64,000 bases of DNA, taken from a bacterium. GTDB lineage: Bacteria > Hinthialibacterota > Hinthialibacteria > Hinthialibacterales > Hinthialibacteraceae. The stretch spans positions 1-64,000 of the forward strand of contig CAXXSM010000144.1 of NCBI GenBank assembly GCA_963663405.2, given 5' to 3'. The notes beneath the pieces are model-generated. The model was not told the DNA's origin. It ran no database searches and saw only the letters and a list, made by a program, of their open reading frames with translations. Position numbers and translations under genes: made by a program. This document shows, in pieces, positions 53,351-63,500 of the stretch (position 1 is the stretch's first letter; each line of letters begins with the position of its first letter).

Positions 53351-54334
53351 ATGATGTCGCTCTCCTATAAATTACTCTTATTCACGTTGCTTATTGCAGT
53401 ACAATTTCTTTTCCCAATCCTCGCGCCCGCTCAGGAAGATGTGTCTTCTCTACCGTTGCCAACCATCGGGGTGGAAGGTTTTGGAGGGCTTCTCGCGACG
53501 TATGCGGCGTATCTCACCAATCCACCAGCGGAAGGCGATATCTTTGGATTACCCAGCTTTGCCTACGCGTATGTCAATCTTGGACACAGCCGGGACTTGA
53601 ACACATTTGGAATCACCGAGACACTCTGGAACCGGCTCGAATTGGGTTACGCCTATATCCGGATGGACTTGGGGGATCTACCGGAAGAGATTGCTAGAAC
53701 GGGGCGGCAATTATTGATTCCAGGTGGTTTAAGTATCGATGATGATACAATCGGCCTCCATAACTTCAATGCCCGGCTTGCTCTGCTTCACGAAGGGGAA
53801 TGGGATTTGCGCTGGCTGCCGGCGGTGACAGCGGGCGTACATTATAAATATAACGATACGATCGACGATCTGAATGACGATCTGACGATTCCTGGTCTTT
53901 TTCCCCAAGGCGCGATCCGAAGCCTCGGCATTGAAAGTGATGATGGGGTGGATTTCACTCTCTACGCGACGAAAACAATGCCTGATCTACCCCTGCCCAT
54001 GTTGTTTAATATTGGACTCCGCGCGACCAAAGCCGCCCATATTGGTTTATTTGGATTTACCGAGGATTACAATGTCATGGTTGAAGGCAGCCTATTCGCG
54101 TTTCTTTCCGAACATCTTCTTGTGGGGGGGGAATACCGCATGAAACCGGATGAATATGATCAACTCCCGGCGGCTCCCCAACTGATTGAAAAAGAAGATG
54201 ACTTGTGGACCCTCTACGCCGCGTATCTTATTAATAAGAATCTATCCATTTCCGCCGGGTACGGACATTTTGGCGATGTTTTCAACCACAAAGCGAACGG
54301 CGCGTGGGCCATTCGATTGAATTGGGAATTTTAG
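53351..54334 (+). CDS. DUF3034-like outer-membrane beta-barrel protein
   Basis: RBS ggagg; signal peptide; LPLPTIGVEGFGG, RLELGYA, GLRATKA..GLFGF, EYRMKP; C-terminal amphipathic strand ending in F. Confidence 0.7.
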   Translation: MMSLSYKLLLFTLLIAVQFLFPILAPAQEDVSSLPLPTIGVEGFGGLLATYAAYLTNPPAEGDIFGLPSFAYAYVNLGHSRDLNTFGITETLWNRLELGYAYIRMDLGDLPEEIARTGRQLLIPGGLSIDDDTIGLHNFNARLALLHEGEWDLRWLPAVTAGVHYKYNDTIDDLNDDLTIPGLFPQGAIRSLGIESDDGVDFTLYATKTMPDLPLPMLFNIGLRATKAAHIGLFGFTEDYNVMVEGSLFAFLSEHLLVGGEYRMKPDEYDQLPAAPQLIEKEDDLWTLYAAYLINKNLSISAGYGHFGDVFNHKANGAWAIRLNWEF

Positions 54335-54343
54335 GAGATAATC

Positions 54344-54547
54344 ATGGACGATTTTCGTAAACAAGGAAAATTGGTTTTTTCATCTGCGCAGGAGAATATG
54401 GATGATATTATTTCGCAGCATGAGACTTACCTTTCTTCTGAAAAAGATAAGGAAGTTTTCTTTTCTGCAATAATGAATCCACCCGAACCCAACCAAAAAC
54501 TGCGCAGGGCGGTTGAACGATATAAAAAGATGAGTTTTGATTCTTGA
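54344..54547 (+). CDS. Truncated DUF1778 (TacA-like) antitoxin fragment
   Basis: SSAQE...LSSEKDKEVFFSAIMNPPEPNQKLRRA; the RHH N-terminus is missing and no GNAT toxin follows. Confidence 0.6.
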   Translation: MDDFRKQGKLVFSSAQENMDDIISQHETYLSSEKDKEVFFSAIMNPPEPNQKLRRAVERYKKMSFDS

Positions 54548-54662
54548 ACGAATCTTTAATCTCAAGGACACATCAAAAATGGAATCCACCCTTCCAAGGC
54601 TGTGCGCGTGAATCCTCTTTCTTCTTCCATAAATCTGTTGGTTTTATTTGCTGAAAATCTTC

Positions 54663-54692
54663 TTGCCATTTGAGTATCAATTTCATTATAAT
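54663..54692 (+). promoter_or_regulatory. Putative sigma70 promoter
   Basis: TTGCCA-18 bp-TATAAT upstream of 54775. Confidence 0.5.
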
Positions 54693-54774
54693 TGGATGTC
54701 AACAGTTAGAAAGAAGTTATCAATAAAGAAATTCATCTCCGTTATCGTATAGGAATAACGGGGTATCATTTTTA

Positions 54775-56562
54775 TTGAAACTGAAAATGGAGAATGTGAT
54801 GGTACGTAACCCTTTTATTATTATTGCTTTACTATTTCTGACTTCACTTATTTGCTTGACGGGTGAGAGTGAGCCATTGCCGAAACCGTCTCAATGGATT
54901 CCCCAGGACGCCATTCTCACGTTTGAACTCTCTAATCCCCAGGCTTTATTTGATGTTATCCTCGGCGCCAAGGTCGAAAAAGCCATTACCTCCGTTCCCG
55001 AATTTCAAGCGCTGACCAATGAGAATGGATTCAAAGAATTTCTTGGCGTGGTCCATTATTTGGAAACCGCGCTTGCTACTGATTGGAAAGCCGCGGTGAA
55101 ATCTCTTCTTGGAGAAGGCGCTGTATTTTCTGTTTTGCCGGAGGATCAACTCGTTTTTACCGCTGATTCCACGAATCCGGATTTACTCACCCAGCTACAT
55201 GATATTCTTTTCGGATTCGCGAAAAATGACGCGGAACAACATGGTGATTCCGATAGAGTGAAGTTAAAAGAATACAATGGCGTGACAGGCTATTCATTTG
55301 GGAATGATGAAGTTCATTGCATCATCGGCAACCGCTTTGTATTGTCGAATAAATCGAATATTCTTAAACGAATTATCGACAATCGCACGAATGTTGAATA
55401 TGAATCCCTATCCAATCTCAATCACTATAAAAACGCGCAAATGGATATCGATCCAGAAGCGGCGCTGACGGCGTTTCTGCGCATGGATATCTTGAATCAA
55501 GTGTCTGGAATCAACAATGCGCTAACAAGAAATCTGAATCCGATGGCCGCATTGTTAGCCGCCGGGATCACGGATTCATTAAGCGCGTCAAACTGGCTTT
55601 TAGCGGAATTATGTATTGATGAAGAGAATCTTCTTCTTTCAACGGAGATTGACGGCAAACTGGATATGAGTGGCCCGATGGCGTTCATTGGAACGAACGA
55701 TCGTGTTGGCGCTGCGCTTCCAATGATCGAGGTTCCCAATCAAATCGCCAGTTTCAGTTTCTTCCGTGATTTGTATAAGTTTTATTCCGCCAAGGATGAT
55801 CTGTTTCCTGAGCGCACATCGGGATTGATCTTCTTTGAGAATATGATGGGAATTTTCTTCACTGGACGGGACCTGACCGAAGAAGTCTGGAAAGAGATTA
55901 AACCAGAAATCCGTTTTGTCGCCGCTGAACAGAAATTCGATTCATCCACCGGTATTCCAGCCGTTCAACTCCCCTCCTTCGCTGTAGTCTTCAAGCTATT
56001 CCATCCTGAAACATTCGGGATCGTCGCAGAAGAAGCATGGCAGAAAGCCATCGGTTTGATAAACTTTACGCGCGGTCAAAACGCCCTGCCTGGACTGCTG
56101 ATCGACCGACCTGTCTATAAAGATGTTAAAATGACATTGACTTACTTTCCTTCGGTGGGAGAAGAGGATAAATCTAAACAGGATATACGCTTCAATTTCC
56201 GCCCGACACTCGCGCGGGTTAAAGACAATCTGATTTTAAGTTCAACAGACCAATTAGCGGAAGACATCATTGATAGTGTGCTGTTGGAAGAGAAGAATCC
56301 ACCTGAAAAGATATCAAATGTACATAGTCTCGTTCAACTCGATGTGGATCGTTTAGCGTCGATCTTGGAATCGAACCGGGAAACCATCGTCCGGAACGAT
56401 ATGGTCGAAAAAGGAAAAACAAAAGAACAAGCGGAAGCGGAACAAGTAATGCTGACTCGTATCATGCAGTACTTCAACCAAGTCTCACTACAAGTTGGCG
56501 CGCAGGATGACACGCCCCAAGCGGAACTCAAACTCAGTCTGAATCTACCCGCGGCTGAATAG
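54775..56562 (+). CDS. Secreted hypothetical protein (DUF3352-like)
   Basis: Long clean ORF with signal peptide; WIPQDA; G.RFVLS; first gene of the DUF1800/DUF1501 operon. Confidence 0.7.
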   Translation: MKLKMENVMVRNPFIIIALLFLTSLICLTGESEPLPKPSQWIPQDAILTFELSNPQALFDVILGAKVEKAITSVPEFQALTNENGFKEFLGVVHYLETALATDWKAAVKSLLGEGAVFSVLPEDQLVFTADSTNPDLLTQLHDILFGFAKNDAEQHGDSDRVKLKEYNGVTGYSFGNDEVHCIIGNRFVLSNKSNILKRIIDNRTNVEYESLSNLNHYKNAQMDIDPEAALTAFLRMDILNQVSGINNALTRNLNPMAALLAAGITDSLSASNWLLAELCIDEENLLLSTEIDGKLDMSGPMAFIGTNDRVGAALPMIEVPNQIASFSFFRDLYKFYSAKDDLFPERTSGLIFFENMMGIFFTGRDLTEEVWKEIKPEIRFVAAEQKFDSSTGIPAVQLPSFAVVFKLFHPETFGIVAEEAWQKAIGLINFTRGQNALPGLLIDRPVYKDVKMTLTYFPSVGEEDKSKQDIRFNFRPTLARVKDNLILSSTDQLAEDIIDSVLLEEKNPPEKISNVHSLVQLDVDRLASILESNRETIVRNDMVEKGKTKEQAEAEQVMLTRIMQYFNQVSLQVGAQDDTPQAELKLSLNLPAAE

Positions 56563-56597
56563 GAAGAAGATATTACTCCTTCCACTGGAAGTACATT

Positions 56598-57959
56598 ATG
56601 AAGAATCAAAATGCTGCATTCGATCCTCAGTGGGCGTGGGAGTCTTATGTCCCAAGCGATGAGCGGCCTTGGACTTTGAAATGGGTGGGGCATCTCTATC
56701 GCCGGGCGGCGTTTGGCGCGTCATGGGAACAGCTGCGGCAGGCGATGGAAGAAGGCCCGGCTCGAACCGTTGAACGTTTGCTGAATCCCAGTGGGAATAC
56801 GGATGAATTTGAAACGTCCTTCGATGAATACGAATCAGCGGCGGCGAACTCGGATTCGACGGAAGGATTGCGCGCCTGGTGGCTGCGCCGCATGATTCAA
56901 ACTCCAGATCCTCTCAAAGAGAAGATGACGTTGTTTTGGCACAACCATTTCGCAATTGATTGTGGTAAAGTCAAAAGTGGTGTATTGGCTCTCCAACGTC
57001 TGCGGCTCAATCGGGAAGACGCATTGGGAAACTATGCTCATTTACTGCAAGCGATCGTACATCATCCAACAACGTTTTTGGCGCTTAACGCGGAAAAGAA
57101 TCGCAAAGTTCTTCCGAATGACAATTTTGCTAAAAAGGTACTAGAAAATTACTGTCTTGGCCCGGATATGGTTTCAGAACAAGATATCCACGAGACCGCG
57201 CGGGCGTTCACGGGATGGTTTTTGATCCGGAATGAATGCCGTTTTCTCGATCGGGAACACGATCATACAAACAAACGTATACTTGGAGAAGAGGGTGATT
57301 TTGATAGTCAAGATGTCATAAATATCATACTGCGGCGACCTGATGCTGCACAGTTCATTGTTCGTAAGTTATACCGGTTTTTCATTTCTGAAGTCGAGGA
57401 ACCAGCGCATTCTTTTCTTGAGCCGCTGGTTCGTTTGTTCACCGCTGATTTCAATATCAAAAAAGTCATAACTGTTATCTTGAAATCGAATCTTTTCTTC
57501 TCGGAAACCGCCTATCGGAAACGTGTAAAATCTCCCATCGAGTATGCGCTGGAGATCGTTAGAGGATTTGAGGCCAATGTTTCAACAACGCATCTTGGGA
57601 ATGACCTTAAAGCGCTGGGGCAGGATCTATTCCATCCCCCGACTGTCAAAGGCTGGCTGGGAGGCCGGCATTGGATCAATAGCGCGGCTCTGATCGGCCG
57701 ATGCAATTTGGCCCATGCGCTGATATCCAACTCCGCTCCCTATGAAAAGCAACTCGCTTTTGACACTGTCTTTGAGAAATATAAATGTAAGTCAGATGAG
57801 GAATCATGTCAGTTTATCCTGAATCTATTCTTACAGGATGATTTGGATGAAACGGTTCGAAAACAACTATACCGATCCACAGCGGATAAGAAGCCATCGT
57901 CATGGCTTCAGCGCTTTACAATAGATGTCTTGACATGTCCTGAATTTCAAATCGGATAA
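56598..57959 (+). CDS. DUF1800 family protein
   Basis: HLYRRAAFG, WWLRRM, L.EKMTLFWHNHFA, ARAFTGW, RVKSPIE, GQDLFHPPTVKGW, PEFQ. Confidence 0.9.
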   Translation: MKNQNAAFDPQWAWESYVPSDERPWTLKWVGHLYRRAAFGASWEQLRQAMEEGPARTVERLLNPSGNTDEFETSFDEYESAAANSDSTEGLRAWWLRRMIQTPDPLKEKMTLFWHNHFAIDCGKVKSGVLALQRLRLNREDALGNYAHLLQAIVHHPTTFLALNAEKNRKVLPNDNFAKKVLENYCLGPDMVSEQDIHETARAFTGWFLIRNECRFLDREHDHTNKRILGEEGDFDSQDVINIILRRPDAAQFIVRKLYRFFISEVEEPAHSFLEPLVRLFTADFNIKKVITVILKSNLFFSETAYRKRVKSPIEYALEIVRGFEANVSTTHLGNDLKALGQDLFHPPTVKGWLGGRHWINSAALIGRCNLAHALISNSAPYEKQLAFDTVFEKYKCKSDEESCQFILNLFLQDDLDETVRKQLYRSTADKKPSSWLQRFTIDVLTCPEFQIG

Positions 57960-57979
57960 GATGAGTAGGGAGATCGATC

Positions 57980-59188
57980 GTGAAGTTTTCAAGACGACAA
58001 TTTCTACACACCTCAGCGATCTGCTCTTTCGGATCGCTCGCGCCATCCTTCTTACAAAAAACTGCCTTTACCGCAGCGTCGAAAAAGGTGAAAACAGACC
58101 GCGTTCTTGTTGTGTTACAACTCTCCGGCGGCAACGATGGCTTAAACACGATTGTTCCCTATGCGGATGATGAATATGGACGCAATCGTTCGACCTTGCG
58201 TCTACAGGCGCCGGAAGTTCACAAGATTGATTCTTATTGCGGATTCCATTACGAAATGAAAGCGATGTGGGAACAATTTCAAGATGGACATGTAAGTGTC
58301 ATTCAAAGCGTCGGCTATCCGAAATCGAACCGCGATCACGCCGGCGCCCTGCGTGACTGGTATACCGCTTATCCTCATGATGAAAACTGTGAAACGGGAT
58401 GGCTGGGCCGCTCTATCGAGTATGCGAACCAAGTGGATCATACAGATCTTCCCGGCGTATTGGTGGGAAATATATCCATGCCGCTAGCGCTGAATGCGGA
58501 ACGAACGATTGTCCCATCCATACGCCGCCTCGATCAAATGCAGTTTCAGCAGGAACCACTTTCTGCTGATATTCACAAAACTGACAATGCATTACTTGAT
58601 TTTGTAAATCAACAAACATCCATCGCGCTGGAAAAAAGCCGAAAACTTACAAATATCACGAAAGATATACACTCTTCTGTTGAATATCCGCCATTCCAAT
58701 TGGCTAAGACATTACGTACCGCCGCGCAGCTGATTCGCGCTGATATTGGTGTATGTATTATTTATACGGCGCTTGGGGGGGATGGATTTGGTGGATTTGA
58801 CAATCACGCCAGCCAGCGCGACAATCATGCGGCGCTGCTGCGGCAACTGTCCGAATCGGTATCGGCCTTTATTAACGATCTCAAACACGATCGCTTATTG
58901 GATCGTGTGTTGTTAACTACTGTTTCTGAATTTGGCCGCACGCTGAAAGAGAACGGCCGACGTGGTACAGGACATGGCGCGGCGGCCCCCATGTTGGCCG
59001 CAGGCGCCCAGCTCAAACCTGGATTGATCGGCCAATGTCCCAGCCTGACCGATCTCGATGATGGCGCGTTGAAACATCAGATCGATTTCCGCAATGTTTT
59101 CGCGGCGCTGCTGGATCAATGGCTTTGCATTGATTCCAAGGAAATACTGGGCGTGTCTTTCGATCCGATTCCGCTTTTCCAAAGTTAA
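57980..59188 (+). CDS. DUF1501 family Tat-exported protein
   Basis: SRRQFL, LVVLQLSGGNDGLN, GGFDNHA.Q, SEFGRT..ENG..GTGHG, IDFRNV. Confidence 0.9.
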   Translation: MKFSRRQFLHTSAICSFGSLAPSFLQKTAFTAASKKVKTDRVLVVLQLSGGNDGLNTIVPYADDEYGRNRSTLRLQAPEVHKIDSYCGFHYEMKAMWEQFQDGHVSVIQSVGYPKSNRDHAGALRDWYTAYPHDENCETGWLGRSIEYANQVDHTDLPGVLVGNISMPLALNAERTIVPSIRRLDQMQFQQEPLSADIHKTDNALLDFVNQQTSIALEKSRKLTNITKDIHSSVEYPPFQLAKTLRTAAQLIRADIGVCIIYTALGGDGFGGFDNHASQRDNHAALLRQLSESVSAFINDLKHDRLLDRVLLTTVSEFGRTLKENGRRGTGHGAAAPMLAAGAQLKPGLIGQCPSLTDLDDGALKHQIDFRNVFAALLDQWLCIDSKEILGVSFDPIPLFQS

Positions 59189-59301
59189 ACGACTTCTTAT
59201 TCAATAAAATTGATCTCATTTCATTCTCACATCTTGCCATTCCCTATCCTGCAATGAGATAATAGTACTTCAAATAACACGATACTAATCGAGAGCATAC
59301 T

Positions 59302-60363
59302 ATGAAACGAATCGTTTGTATTTTATTTCTTTGTATTTCCATTTCAGCCGTTGGCGCGGAATTTGAACGTAAGATTATCCCAGCCAAGGCGCTGGGAAAG
59401 GTTGTTGATCCCGCGTCAATGGAGCGGATTTATAATGAAGTCAAAACTCCATTCAAATATGGGATTGTCTTGCGGGGCGAAGAAGGGAAAAAGGTGGATT
59501 GTCCCAGCGTTTTTCGTTATGATGGCAAATGGTATATGATGTATATCATTTTCGATGGTGATGGATACGAAACGGCGCTTGCTGAAAGTGACGATCTTCT
59601 TCATTGGAAAACCTTGGGAAAAATACTTACATTTACATCCGGCCGGTGGGATGGAATGCAGGCGGCTGGGTATGTTGCTTTGCAGGATTATTCATGGGGT
59701 GGATCGTATGAACTGCAGAAATTTGATAATAAATACTGGCTTTCGTATATCGGTGGCGCTTTGAAGGGATATGAGACAGATCCACTGTCTATCGGAATCG
59801 CTTGGACTGACAATCCAGCGAAACCCAATGCATGGAATCGGTTGGACAAACCGGTTTTGACAAGAGACCAGCCTGATGTCCGTGAATTTGAAGCGCTGAC
59901 ACAGTACAAAAGCAATGTTATTTGGGATAAACAACAGCGGTTGGGCTATCCATTTGTGATGTTTTATAATGGCAAGAAAAATCATGGATATGAGCGGATC
60001 GGCATGGCGGTATCCAACGATATGATACACTGGCTGCGTTATGGAACGGAACCGGTTATCGATAACGGGCGCGGGATATCCGGAGATCCACAGATTGTGC
60101 GCATCGGTGATCTATGGGTGATGTTCTATTTCGGCACATTCATCAAACCGGGGGCGTTTGACACATTCGCCTGTTCGTACGATTTAGTCACCTGGACCAA
60201 ATGGACAGGCCCCCATCTCACCGCGCCCACCGAATCATGGGATAAAACATACGCCCACAAACCGTGGGTCATCAAACACAATGATATCGTATATCATTTC
60301 TACTGCGCCGTCGGCGAACAAGGCCGCGTAATCGCGTTGGCTACATCCAAAGAACTCAAATAG
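59302..60363 (+). CDS. Secreted five-bladed beta-propeller glycosidase (GH43/GH32/GH130-like)
   Basis: VDCPSVF, S.DLLHW, ERIGMAVSNDMIHW, SGDPQI, HKPWVI. Confidence 0.8.
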   Translation: MKRIVCILFLCISISAVGAEFERKIIPAKALGKVVDPASMERIYNEVKTPFKYGIVLRGEEGKKVDCPSVFRYDGKWYMMYIIFDGDGYETALAESDDLLHWKTLGKILTFTSGRWDGMQAAGYVALQDYSWGGSYELQKFDNKYWLSYIGGALKGYETDPLSIGIAWTDNPAKPNAWNRLDKPVLTRDQPDVREFEALTQYKSNVIWDKQQRLGYPFVMFYNGKKNHGYERIGMAVSNDMIHWLRYGTEPVIDNGRGISGDPQIVRIGDLWVMFYFGTFIKPGAFDTFACSYDLVTWTKWTGPHLTAPTESWDKTYAHKPWVIKHNDIVYHFYCAVGEQGRVIALATSKELK

Positions 60364-60530
60364 AACTCCATCCAACGTATATCTTCCATACGATCATACA
60401 TTGATCGATCTAGCCGTCTTACAAATTTATAAAATAGCGTCTACAGCAATTGACTAACAAATGCGAAGTATTGTATTTTGGTATGCTATAGAACGTTTTT
60501 ATATTTGTAAATGTATAGCGGGATGGGCCA

Positions 60531-63500
60531 ATGCGTGTTTTTATCAGTCATTCTTCGAATGACAAACCAGCCGTCTTGAAACTTAATCAAGAACTTCGCG
60601 ATCGCGGGTTTGAGACGTGGATGGATCAATTCGAGATTCTTCCTGGTGATAATATTGTTGAGAAAATTGATGAAGGGCTTGAGAAGTCCGACGCTGGGAT
60701 CATTGTTCTTTCAAAAAATATTGACGGCAGTCCATGGATTAAAACGGAACTTAATTATCTTATTTATGCTTGTATCAAAGAAAGCAAGAGACTAATCCCA
60801 GTCGAATTAGAAGAAGGTGGTTTCATCCCGCCGCTGATTCGGCCTTTGGCAAAGTGCGGGATTCATGATATTGACGCTATTACTATGGCGCTTCGTCAAG
60901 AGACGCCTGATCCATCGTTCACCGGTCCTGCATCGCTTGATTCTATTCTCATTCGCTTAATGCGGAACGAAGATCATAGTATTCAAATCACTGCGAGCAT
61001 TGGCGGGAAAACGTATGGGGAAACGCGATTTGATGATCTGCCTTCTCCACTCGTTACACTGCAAAATCAATTCTTACAAGGCTTTAAAACTTGGAACGCG
61101 CGTGATCCGGTTGATGCGGAACGTGTCGCGAATGAGAAGAGTGTGGTTGAACTTGGCGCCGCGATTCGTGATTTCTGCCTGCCGGAAGATTCGGGCGATG
61201 TGTTGACCAGCGTGATCGATAACAGTAACAAAATTAATAAAACGGTGGAGGTTTGTTTTGAGGCGGATGATCCCGCTTTACTGGGTTTGCCGTTTGAAGC
61301 GCTCCGGCTGCCGGATAACCGTCTTCTCACCACGCAGCCGACGGTGGTAATGTACCGCCGGTTGGCGGGGGAACTGGATGCGAAATGGACGCCTTTGCCC
61401 TCTCCGATTAAGATTCTTGTTGCGGTGGGCGCGCCGGATGAGGGACAAACCGGCGCGGTTGTCCTTGATTACGAGCGAGAGATGCAGATCATTCTCGATG
61501 CTGTTGAACAGGCTCAGCGCCTTGAAAATGTGCAGGTGCGCATTCTTGAGGTTGGGCATCCTAAAGTGATCGGTGACGCGATCGAGCGCGATACCTATCA
61601 TGTCCTGCATCTCAGCTGTCATGGAATGCCTGGTTTTTTGGAGTTGGAAGACGAGGAAGGGCGCGCCGTCAAAACCAGCGCGGACGATCTGCTTGATCCC
61701 ATTTTGACGAAAGGGAAGCCGTTGCCGCTGGTTTTTCTTAATTCCTGCAAAGGAGGCGTGCAGGAAGAGGAGACCGCTAGTTTTGCGGAAGCGTTGTTGC
61801 GTAAAGGTGTTCCGTCGGTCATAGCGATGCAGGCTTCTGTGAGCGATTGGTATGCGACAGAATTGGCGCGGGCGTTCTACAATCATCTAGCGGTGATGGA
61901 TCGTCCATGGGTCAGCCGGGCGTTGGCTTTGGCCCGGAAAGATTTGGAAGATGCGCGTCAAAACGCCATCCAGACGGGCGCAGGTTTAGGCGAAACGCAG
62001 CCGGAATACGCTACACCGGCGTTCTACCTCGCTGGTGAGGAACAGCCCCTTGCGGATTATTCGCTTACGAAAGAACCATTGACGAAAAGGCCGGTGTATG
62101 AAGTTTCGGGCCTGTGCCGCAATTGCGGATCGACGATCTGATCGGCCGCCGGAAGGAACTGCGGGAAACCTTGCGGACGCTGAGGGATCCAAACCGGCAG
62201 TATGCGGGTGTTGTATTGACCGGGATCGGTGGTGTGGGAAAAAGCGCGCTCGCGGGCCGGGCCATGCGCCGTCTGGTGGAAGAGGATTTGGCTCGTCCCC
62301 GCGTGTAAGGGCCGTTTGAATTTGGGGGATATCGCGTTGGTTCTTGGTTTGGAATTGATGCAATCCAAGAATGCGGATTGGAAAAATCTTGGTAAATTGT
62401 TGTGTAATACTGAATTGAATGACATTGCGCGTATGCAATTGATTGGAAAATGTTTGGCGGAAGCGCCGGTTGTCTTGGTTTTGGATGATTTTGAACAGAA
62501 TCTCACCCAAGATGGAGCCGCGTTTCTTGATCCTGACACTGATACGTACCTGCAATTTCTCGCACAAAGCGCGCGGAAAGGGCGTCTCTTAATCACTTGC
62601 CGGTATCCCGTTCCCAACACCAGCGCTTTTTTCCGTCATATCTCCATCGGCCCGCTCAGCCCATCCGAATCCCGGAAATTGATCCTCCGCCTGCCGGAAC
62701 TGAAGGGGCGGCCTGTATCCGATATTGTGCTGATTCTGCGTGTCATCGGCGGTCATCCACGTATGCTTGAATTACTCGACAGCCTGTTAAACCACGGCAC
62801 AGGGCGGCTTCCACATGTGACGGTAAAACTACAGGATTTGCTCAAGAAAGCTGAGTTGGATGAAAAGACCACCGCCGCCGATTTGGAGGAGGGGATTCAA
62901 CAGACATTGCTGCTGGGCGCGCGCGATGTCTTTCTCGCCGAATTGTTTGCGATCGCTAAAGACGAGTCGATTGATGAAATCCTGCTGCAGACGGCGGTTT
63001 CCAACCTGCCGATTTCACCAGAAGGAGTGGCGCACATGCTCACCGGGGCGCCCGCCGATCCCGCGCCGGTGGAACAGGCGTTCGATCGATTAGAACGCCT
63101 CTCGTTGATTTACCGGTTTCCTGATGGATCGGCCTGGATCCATCGTTGGACAGCCGAAGGCCTGCTTGCGTTTGACTCAGAAGACGCATTCCATCAGCGC
63201 TGCGTCCGCGCGGGCCGCTATCGTATGTGGAAGGGAGAGAAAGATAAGTATGGATTAACAAATGAGATAGAAGCCATCCGTAATTATTTAAAGGGCAAGG
63301 ATTTTGATGAAGCTTCAAAGGTTGCGCTTATGTGTATCAATACCTTAAAGCGTTTTCAACAAACGGCGCAAGTCGCGGCGCTGGCGGGTGAAGTCCTTGA
63401 AAGCCTGCCGGAAGAGCATAAGCGTTTTGCCGCCATCGCGGATGAGGAAGCGCAATCTCACTTGGCTCTCGGTTTTACGGAAAGAGCGTTTGAACGGTAT

